From assembly GCA_965223845.1 (NCBI GenBank), contig CBDCXR010000004.1, positions 768,001 through 832,000 of the forward strand: a DNA stretch of 64,000 nt, given 5' to 3'. The notes under the pieces are model-generated. The model was not told the origin of the DNA and did not search any database. It worked only from the letters and a program-made list of their open reading frames with translations. This document shows, in pieces, positions 56,913 to 64,000 of this stretch (positions are counted from its first letter, which is position 1; the number at the start of each line of letters is the position of its first letter). This DNA comes from Planctomycetota bacterium. GTDB lineage: Bacteria; Planctomycetota; UBA8108; SXIK01. The translations under genes were made by a program, and so were the position numbers.

Positions 56913-59900
56913 GTGAGGCGATCACTCTGGTTTCGCTATTTGTTCGCGGAAGCGAGTGATTCTTCGTGCCGCTCCTCTCGTTCACGACCGGCCTTCTTCG
57001 TGCTGGCTTGGCTCGTGTTCGGAAGTATCGTTCCGCGCCTGGCTTGGCCCGGCCCGGAGCCGTCCTCGCCGATCATCATCAGTGAGATCGTCGCGTCGAA
57101 CGACGGGCGGTTTCTCGATGAGAACCGCGAGGCCAGCGATTGGCTCGAGCTGCTCGCCGTCGTCGCGGTCGATCTCGACGGCTGGTTTCTGACCGACGAT
57201 CGGGATCAGCTCACGCGCTGGCGGATTCCGCGCGTCGTCCTCGAGCCCGGCGAGCGCTTGGTTGTCTTCGCGTCGGGAAAGGACCGCGCCGATCCTGACG
57301 CCGAGCTCCACACCGATTTCCAGCTCGACGCTGACGGCGAGTTCCTCGCGATCGTCGAGCCGGATGGCGCGACGATCGCGGACGCGTGGAGTCCCAGCTT
57401 TCCGCCGCAGCGGACGGGCGTTTCGTTCGGAGTCGGGGAAGGCGGCGGAGTCGATCGTTCCGTGCTCGCGGTGGGAGCGGCGTGCCGGTGGTTCGTCCCC
57501 GAGAATGATGCGCTGTCGCCCGCCTGGATCGATCCCGCGTTCGATGATGCGACCTGGAACGAAGGAGCGACCGGCGTCGGTTTCGATCGATCGGGCGGTG
57601 CGCTTCCGGCTCCCGACGAGCGCGTCAACGTCGCGCTCGCAGGAACGTCCGAGCAGAGCTCTGACTTCGCCGCCAACTTCGGCGCGGATCGAGGCAACGA
57701 CGGCAACTTCGGAAACTTCACCGCGACGGCGTCCTCGGATGCGGACGCTTGGTGGCGCGTCGACCTCGGGGCGTCGGAGTCCATCGCCCTCATCGTCGTG
57801 CACAATCGCGGCGACGGGTGCTGCCAGTCGCGGCTGCGAGACATCACGGTCGAGATCCTCGATGACGACGCGTCGATCGTGTTTGAGACGGAGCTCCTCA
57901 ATCGAGAGAACGTCCTCGGTGGGCAGACCACCGACGGGCCCGGCGAGCTTGTCGTCGACGTCATCGAGCGCGTCGGAGCGCCTGTCGAGGGGCGATTCGT
58001 TCGCGTGCGCCGTGCGCCCGATCCGGATCTCTCGGGGACGAGCGGAGCTGGGAACGCCGATGAACCGAACGTGCTTTCGGTCGGCGAGGTCGAGGTCTTC
58101 GCCGGCGGCTCGGCTCTCGCCGGGGCCATCGCGACGGACGTCGGGGACGCCATGCGATCGGTGAGCCCATCTCTCCTCGTCCGGGTGCCGTTCGACGTTG
58201 TCGAGCCGCTGGCCCCCGAATCGAGCCTCTCGCTCCGCATTCGATTCGACGACGGCTTCGTCGCGTACGTGGACGGCGTCGAGATCGCGCGGAGCAGCGC
58301 GCCCGGCGCCGTCGGAGACTTACTCCGGTGGAACGACACCGCGATCGCGGAGAACCCGGACCCGCTCACGGCGATCGAGATCGATCTCTCGGCGGCTCGA
58401 GCCCTGTTTGCCCCCGGACCCCACGTGCTCGCCGTCCACCTACTCAACGTGTCGGTGGACGACGCGGACGCGTTCGTCGAGCCGCAGATCGTCGAGCGTC
58501 GATCGGCACTCGGTGAACTCGGATACTTTTCCCGGCCGACCCCGGGAGAACCGAACGGCGCTCCCGACTTCTCGGGCTGGGTCGCGGATCCGGTGGTCGA
58601 CGTCGACCGCGGCTTCTACGACGCTCCGTTCTTCGTCGAGCTTACGACGGCGACCGAGGATGCCACGATTCGGTACACGCTCGACGGCTCGCCGCCGTCA
58701 TCCAGGCGAGGCTCGGATTTCGACGGACCGATCGAGATCGCCGGAACCTCCGTCTTGAGGGCGGTGGCGCTTCGCGACGACCTCGCTCCGTCGCGCGTCG
58801 TGACGAAAACCTACATCTTCGTTGCCGACGTCCCGTCGCAGCGCGCGATGGTTCGTTCGATCACCGAGCACGACGTCTACGGCCCCCTCCTCGAAGACTC
58901 GCTACTTGCGCAGCCGTCGGTTTCGATCGCCACGGTTCCTTCGATTCCCACGACGTCGGAGGTGCTGGCGTCGGTCGAGCTGATCTTTCCCGACGGCACC
59001 GAAGGGTTTCAAATCGACGCGGGAATCAAGCGCGTTGGCGGGCACAGTCTGGGCGCGTACCCAAAGAACAACATGCGGCTCTACTTCCGGCGCGAATACG
59101 GTCCATCGAAGCTGCGCTATCCGCTGTTTGCGGGAACCGTGTACGAGGACGGCGCGCGCGAGAGCTTCGATCGACTGACGCTTCGATCCGGCTCCCACGA
59201 TTCCGTGTTCTACCTCGGAGACGGGCAGCAGCCCCCGTCGAATGCGCAGTACCTTCGCAATCGGTTCATGAACGACCTTCAGTACGAGATGGGTCGCCCG
59301 TCGCTGAACGGGCGATTCGCGCATCTCTACATCAACGGCCGGTACCACGGACACTACCAGCTTCTCGAACGGCCGGCTCCCGATCACATGGCCGAGGAGA
59401 TGGGCGGAGACAAGGACGACTTCGAAGCAGTCAATCGGAATGTACCCGTCGGCGGCGCGGCGCCCGCGTGGAGCCGAATCCGCACCATTCGTGGCAACTA
59501 CGACGAGGTGCTCCGGTACGTCGACACGCCGAATCTCGTCGACTACATGCTGCTCAATTACTGGGCCGGGAACGCGTGGGACTGGCGTCCGGGGCAGAAC
59601 TGGATGGCCGGTGGGCCGAGCGACCCCGATCGGGGAGGGTACAAGTTCTACTGTTGGGACTCCGACATCGTTCTGCGGAACCTCAACGACAACAATCTCG
59701 GCATCGGCGGACCCGACAACCTCTTTCGCGATCTCTTGCGTCACGAGGACTTTCGCGTACTCGTCGCCGATCGTATCTACGCTCTCTTCTCTGAAGGTGG
59801 TGTGCTCACACCGGAGCGTCTTCAGGAGATCTACGCACGTCGCGCCGAGGAGATCCGCCTGTCGATCGTCGCGGAGACCGCTCGCTGGCAGTGGCGAGGC

Positions 59901-61631
59901 TCGTGGACTCGCGATGTTCAGTGGGAGCGTGAGCGTAAGCGCATCATGGAATCGTTTCTCCCTCGTCGGACGGACGTGACGCTCGCGCAGTTAGCTTCCC
60001 GGCGATGGCTGTCTCCCGTCGATGTGCCGGCCGTTTCGCGCCCGCCCGGATACGTCGACGCCGGCGCGTCGGTGGCGCTTCGAGCCCTCTTCGGAGAGAT
60101 CTGGTACACGAGAGATGGATCGGACCCGCGAGCCCTCGGCGGAGCTCCGTCGCCCGCGGCGGAGATCGCCGGAGTCGAGGCCGAGCTCGCTGTTCGAGTG
60201 CTCGAGGAAGGGGCGCCCGCGCGAGCGTTCGTCCCGGCGGACGATGCACTCGGCCTCGAGTGGACCGCGCTCGAATTCAACGATGCGGAATGGTTGTCCG
60301 GAACCACGGGAGTCGGGTTCGATCGAGGAGACGACTTCGACGAATTCATCGGAACGGATATCGAGCTCGCGATGTTTCAGCAATCGACGAGTTTCTACGC
60401 GCGCGTACCGTTCACGCTCGAGTCGACGGAGAATCTGGATTCGAAGGTCTTATCGCTCTTCGTTCAGTACGACGACGGCTTCATCGCGTACGTGAACGGC
60501 GAGCGAGTCGCGTCGGCCAACGCGCCGGACGATCCGGCCGCTGACTCGCGTGCCACGGCGACGCACGCCGACTCGTCGGCGGTCGTGTTCGAGCGCTTCG
60601 ACATCTCGGAGTTTTGGCCCCTCTTCCGTCGCGGAGAGAACTTGCTCGCGATTCACGGCCTCAATCGAACGGCGAACTCGGGAGACGTGCTCGTCGTGCC
60701 GGTGATCGAGATCGCGGACGCGAGCGGGGGTGAGCTCACGATCGAGCACACCACGACCCTCACCGCTCGCGTGCGATCGGGCGATGATTGGAGTCCGCCC
60801 GTGGAGGCCCTCTACGCGGTCGACGCGAGCGATCTGCGTGTGACCGAGCTTCAGTATCACCCTGCTGCGCCCCTCGAGGATTCCGAATACTCGGACGATG
60901 ACTTCGAGTTCGTCGAGCTGACCAACACCGGGCCGGTTTCTTTGTCGGTAGCCGGCCTTTCGTTCGAGGGTGGCGTGCGGTTCCGCTTCCAATTCGACCG
61001 CGGCGACGCAAACCTGATCCCGCCGGGCGCGTCGATCGTCGTCGTGCGGAATCTCGAGGCGTTCCTCTCGCGTTACGGAGACGACGCGGAGGCGTTCGTC
61101 GCCGGCGAGTACGAAGGGCGTCTCGACAACAGCAGCGATACGCTCCGGCTCACGGACGCGCTCGGCGCGACGCTGGTCGAGTTCGCCTATGACGATGCCT
61201 GGTGGCCCGTTACCGATGGGAAGGGGCCGTCGCTCGAGATTCGCGACGCGCGGGCGGATCCCTCGCGGTGGGGCGTGCGGGACGCGTGGCAGCCGAGCGA
61301 AGCCGAGCTGGGCTCACCCGGATTCCATGCGGGGGGCGGCGGCGACGGAGGCTTGCAGCGGATCGGCGATACGAATCAGGACGGATCGCTCAACATCGCG
61401 GATCCGATCGCTCTCCTCGAGTTCCTGTTTGTCGATCCTCAAAGGAAGCTCCCGTGCGCGGGTGACGTCGCGTCGCCTGCCAATCGCCGCGTACTCGACG
61501 GGAACAGGGATGGCTTCGTCAACATCGCCGACGCCGTCTTCGTGCTCGAGTACCTCTTCAGCGGAGGTCCGGCGCCGGAGGGCGGTCTCGGCTGCGTCCG
61601 AGTCGAAGGGTGCGATAGCGTTTGCGAATGA
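56913..61631 (+). CDS. Exported CotH-kinase family protein (lamin-tail, F-type lectin, Fn3-associated, CotH, lamin-tail, dockerin-like)
   Basis: IISEIVASN..DWLEL (LTD); NRGDGCCQSRL; IRYTLDGS; PKNNMRLYF, YINGRYHGHYQLLER, WDSD (CotH); TELQYHP (LTD); GDTNQDGSLNIAD; start uncertain (ORF open from 56658). Confidence 0.88.
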   Translation: MRRSLWFRYLFAEASDSSCRSSRSRPAFFVLAWLVFGSIVPRLAWPGPEPSSPIIISEIVASNDGRFLDENREASDWLELLAVVAVDLDGWFLTDDRDQLTRWRIPRVVLEPGERLVVFASGKDRADPDAELHTDFQLDADGEFLAIVEPDGATIADAWSPSFPPQRTGVSFGVGEGGGVDRSVLAVGAACRWFVPENDALSPAWIDPAFDDATWNEGATGVGFDRSGGALPAPDERVNVALAGTSEQSSDFAANFGADRGNDGNFGNFTATASSDADAWWRVDLGASESIALIVVHNRGDGCCQSRLRDITVEILDDDASIVFETELLNRENVLGGQTTDGPGELVVDVIERVGAPVEGRFVRVRRAPDPDLSGTSGAGNADEPNVLSVGEVEVFAGGSALAGAIATDVGDAMRSVSPSLLVRVPFDVVEPLAPESSLSLRIRFDDGFVAYVDGVEIARSSAPGAVGDLLRWNDTAIAENPDPLTAIEIDLSAARALFAPGPHVLAVHLLNVSVDDADAFVEPQIVERRSALGELGYFSRPTPGEPNGAPDFSGWVADPVVDVDRGFYDAPFFVELTTATEDATIRYTLDGSPPSSRRGSDFDGPIEIAGTSVLRAVALRDDLAPSRVVTKTYIFVADVPSQRAMVRSITEHDVYGPLLEDSLLAQPSVSIATVPSIPTTSEVLASVELIFPDGTEGFQIDAGIKRVGGHSLGAYPKNNMRLYFRREYGPSKLRYPLFAGTVYEDGARESFDRLTLRSGSHDSVFYLGDGQQPPSNAQYLRNRFMNDLQYEMGRPSLNGRFAHLYINGRYHGHYQLLERPAPDHMAEEMGGDKDDFEAVNRNVPVGGAAPAWSRIRTIRGNYDEVLRYVDTPNLVDYMLLNYWAGNAWDWRPGQNWMAGGPSDPDRGGYKFYCWDSDIVLRNLNDNNLGIGGPDNLFRDLLRHEDFRVLVADRIYALFSEGGVLTPERLQEIYARRAEEIRLSIVAETARWQWRGSWTRDVQWERERKRIMESFLPRRTDVTLAQLASRRWLSPVDVPAVSRPPGYVDAGASVALRALFGEIWYTRDGSDPRALGGAPSPAAEIAGVEAELAVRVLEEGAPARAFVPADDALGLEWTALEFNDAEWLSGTTGVGFDRGDDFDEFIGTDIELAMFQQSTSFYARVPFTLESTENLDSKVLSLFVQYDDGFIAYVNGERVASANAPDDPAADSRATATHADSSAVVFERFDISEFWPLFRRGENLLAIHGLNRTANSGDVLVVPVIEIADASGGELTIEHTTTLTARVRSGDDWSPPVEALYAVDASDLRVTELQYHPAAPLEDSEYSDDDFEFVELTNTGPVSLSVAGLSFEGGVRFRFQFDRGDANLIPPGASIVVVRNLEAFLSRYGDDAEAFVAGEYEGRLDNSSDTLRLTDALGATLVEFAYDDAWWPVTDGKGPSLEIRDARADPSRWGVRDAWQPSEAELGSPGFHAGGGGDGGLQRIGDTNQDGSLNIADPIALLEFLFVDPQRKLPCAGDVASPANRRVLDGNRDGFVNIADAVFVLEYLFSGGPAPEGGLGCVRVEGCDSVCE

Positions 61632-63846
61632 CTTGCGCGATGACAACGAAGGAGAACGCCATGAAGAATCAAAAACCGCTCGCCATCGTTTGTAGTCTAT
61701 TCGTGTCGATCGCGAGCTCAGTGACCGCGCAGGAGAACATCGCTCTGACGGGGACGGCTCGCCAGTCGAGCGATTTCGCGCCCAACTTCGGTGCGGAACG
61801 CGCCATCGACGGCAACTTCGGAAACTTCACGGCAACAGCCACGGCGGATACGCCGGCGATCTGGGAAGTCGATCTCGGTGCGGGCGCCGAGATCGAGCGC
61901 ATCGTCGTCCACAATCGGGGCGACGGCTGTTGTCAGTCGCGGCTCCGCGACATCACCGTCGCGATTTACGATCTGTCATTCCTCGACGATCCCTTCGGCG
62001 ATGAGGAGCCGCTGTGGGAGTCCGAGCTTCTCAACGAGCAGAACGAACTCGGTGGCATGACGACCGACGGACCCCCGGAACTCACCGTCGAGCTGGGTGA
62101 AATCATCAGCGGACAGTTCGTGCGAGTCACTCGGCTCGGTGATCCCGATCTCATCGGAACCGGCGGCGCGGGCAACGCCGACGAAGCCAATGTGATGTCG
62201 CTCGGGGAGGTCGAGGTCTTCGGGACGATTGTCGCGGAGTGCCCGGCCGAGGGCGACGCGGAGTTCGGGGACACGGAGTGCAGTCAGTTCACGGCGAGCG
62301 GCCCGGCGGACGGAGGCCCGGGCCTCTATCTTCTCTCGGCCGTCGGGGACGATGCGGGCGGCGATGAGGTCCTCTACACGTTCGTCGCCGAGGAGGAGGG
62401 CGGGACGCGATTCGTGCGCGAGGCTGCTCCGACCGAAACCGCAGAGTTCGATCTCGGAGTGGGTGAATGGACGCTGTCGGTGACCGTCGACGACGATCGA
62501 CTCTGCGACGACACCTCCGAGAACGCGGTCTGTTCCGTGGATGTTTCCATCGGAGCGCCGGACGGCCCCAACAAGGCACTCCTTCGCCCGTCGCGACAGT
62601 CATCGGACTTCAATGCGAACCTCGGTGCGGCCCGAGGCAACGACGGCGACTTCGGAAACTTCACGGCGACCGCATCGGCCGACGACTCGCCGTGGTGGGA
62701 GGTCGATCTGCAAGAAGACATCGCGATCACTTCGATCGTCGTATCGAACCGCGGAGACGGCTGCTGTCAGTCGAGGCTGCGCGACATCACGGTGACGGTG
62801 CTTGACGGGGCTGAGGAGGACGCTGCGGTCGTCTTCGAATCGGAGCTCCTCAACGAGGAGAACGAGCTCGGAGGCGGCGGGCTGGACGGGCCGCCCGTTC
62901 TCTCTCTCGATCTCGTCGCGATCACGGGTGGGGCGGTGACGGGGCGGGTTGTTCGCGTGAGTCGCCTGCCCGATCCGGATCTCTCGGGAACGGGAGGAGC
63001 CGGAAACGTCGACGAGCCGAACGTGCTCTCCTTGGGTGAAGTCGAGGTGTTCGACGACGTGTGCGAAGAGAGCGTCGCTGCGTGCGATGGACTCGAGATC
63101 CTCGGACCGGACGACGGCGGTCCCGGTGCTTACACGGCGATCGCTACGGGTAGCGGAGCTCCCGAGCTCTTCTATACGTTCACCGCGGACAACGGGGTCG
63201 ATCCCGCTTCCGTCATCGGGCCGCAGACTCTCGACTCCGCGACACTCGCCCTCGGCGCCGGGAGCTGGACGATCACCGCGACCGTCACGGATTCGCGGCG
63301 GTGTTTTGAGCCCGGCCCGGATGGAAGCTGCACCGAGCTGGTGGAGGTCACTCCGCTCGGACTCGGCGAGAACGTCGCCCTCGGAAAGCCGGCGACGCAG
63401 TCGACCGATTTCACTCCGGCCTTAGGCGCGGGGCTCGGCGTCGACGGAATCCTCGGCAACTTCACCGCGACGGCCGGCGACGACATCGAGCCGTGGTGGG
63501 AAGTCGACCTCGAAGGCGAGTTTCCGATCAACGCTATCGTCCTTCACAATCGCGGCGATGGTTGCTGCCAGTCGCGCCTGCGCGACATCACGGTCTCGAT
63601 TCTCGACGCGGCGGGAGAATCGGTCTGGGAGTCTGAGCTTCTCAACGAGGAGAACGAGCTCGGGGGCGGGACGACCGACGGTCCTTCCCGACTCGTGGTC
63701 GATCTTCGCGGCGTCGAGGGAAGCGACATCGCGGGGAGTCGAGTCCGGGTGAGCCGGCTCGTCGACGAAGATCTATCCGGTTCGGGCGGAGTGGGTGGCG
63801 TCGACGAGGCCAACGTCCTCTCGCTCGGCGAGGTCGAGGTGTTCTC
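57625..63846 (+). repeat. Four dispersed ~480-bp coding repeats (F-type lectin modules at approx. 57625-58100, 61733-62222, 62567-63053, 63368-63845)
   Basis: Shared DNA blocks such as AACTTCACNGCNAC and CGNGGNGAYGGNTGYTGYCAGTCG..GACATCAC; differences in these blocks mostly synonymous. Confidence 0.8.
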
Positions 63847-64000
63847 GACCGAAGACGAACCGCCCGGCACTTCGTTCCGTCGCGGCGACGCCAACAACGA
63901 CGGCAGCGTCAACATCGCGGACGCGATCTACGAGCTGAACAACCTCTTCGGTGACGGCGCCGTTCCCAGTTGCCTCGAATCGGCGGACGTCAACAGCGAC
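61661..64000 (+). CDS. Exported protein with three tandem F-type lectin (fucolectin/F5-8C-like) domains and C-terminal dockerin-like domain (runs off window end)
   Basis: Not in ORF track; RBS GAAGGAG, MKNQKPLAIVCSLFVSIASSVTA signal; three N.AL..QS..DG..NFTATA..WEVDL..NRGDGCCQSRLRDITV..LGEVEVF units; FRRGDANNDGSVNIADAIY..LF..CLESADVNSD. Confidence 0.9.
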   Translation, partial: MKNQKPLAIVCSLFVSIASSVTAQENIALTGTARQSSDFAPNFGAERAIDGNFGNFTATATADTPAIWEVDLGAGAEIERIVVHNRGDGCCQSRLRDITVAIYDLSFLDDPFGDEEPLWESELLNEQNELGGMTTDGPPELTVELGEIISGQFVRVTRLGDPDLIGTGGAGNADEANVMSLGEVEVFGTIVAECPAEGDAEFGDTECSQFTASGPADGGPGLYLLSAVGDDAGGDEVLYTFVAEEEGGTRFVREAAPTETAEFDLGVGEWTLSVTVDDDRLCDDTSENAVCSVDVSIGAPDGPNKALLRPSRQSSDFNANLGAARGNDGDFGNFTATASADDSPWWEVDLQEDIAITSIVVSNRGDGCCQSRLRDITVTVLDGAEEDAAVVFESELLNEENELGGGGLDGPPVLSLDLVAITGGAVTGRVVRVSRLPDPDLSGTGGAGNVDEPNVLSLGEVEVFDDVCEESVAACDGLEILGPDDGGPGAYTAIATGSGAPELFYTFTADNGVDPASVIGPQTLDSATLALGAGSWTITATVTDSRRCFEPGPDGSCTELVEVTPLGLGENVALGKPATQSTDFTPALGAGLGVDGILGNFTATAGDDIEPWWEVDLEGEFPINAIVLHNRGDGCCQSRLRDITVSILDAAGESVWESELLNEENELGGGTTDGPSRLVVDLRGVEGSDIAGSRVRVSRLVDEDLSGSGGVGGVDEANVLSLGEVEVFSTEDEPPGTSFRRGDANNDGSVNIADAIYELNNLFGDGAVPSCLESADVNSD

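Noticed and set aside
6935-58348. Frequent HIP1-like octamer GCGATCGC (at least 17 seen by eye, e.g. 6935, 12185, 25051, 42034, 58341)
   Set aside because: Plausibly explained by CG/TCGA-rich codon usage (GCG ATC GCN = Ala-Ile-Ala); a codon-preserving shuffle would be needed to show enrichment
57625-63846. Repeats as a diversity-generating retroelement or CRISPR array
   Set aside because: They are in-frame protein domains with mostly synonymous differences; no reverse transcriptase, obvious adenine-specific variation, repeat-spacer structure or cas genes
67-63915. Many long alternative-frame and antisense ORFs in the track (e.g. 23935-26016 -, 26643-28313 -, 54302-56311 +, 6785-8272 +)
   Set aside because: Arg/Ala/Ser-rich shadow ORFs expected at high GC; they overlap genes with clear family motifs

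Overview
GC-rich bacterial DNA, probably from an uncultured Planctomycetota lineage (inferred from PVC-type heme-CxxCH, sulfatase, giant PQQ-propeller, CotH/lamin-tail and dockerin-like proteins). About 40 CDSs; no rRNA, tRNA, CRISPR array, integrase or transposase was recognised. In order: mlaDFE lipid ABC transporter preceded by an aromatic-Pro repeat lipoprotein and a giant PQQ/TPR/CBM9-like protein; dockerin-vWA, sialidase and 2OG-oxygenase operon; a Nal1-like trypsin protease coupled to a small prodomain-like ORF; a two-component cluster; RluA/DUF72; a putative sigma54-driven, translationally coupled operon of exported TPR-CHAT (caspase-like) protease, orphan lipo-secretin with a long C-terminal extension and HEAT lipoprotein (best candidate for an undescribed system); parvulin, DtxR/MntR, truncated globin; sxtIJK-like carbamoyltransferase triad; heme/ferredoxin pair; sulfatase-cytochrome c fusion and glycan enzymes; hemN; and three exported dockerin-bearing proteins (metallopeptidase-like, CotH kinase, tandem F-type lectin). 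All family calls come from motif recognition by eye, and several start codons were re-assigned from the ORF track using RBS and stop/start overlaps.
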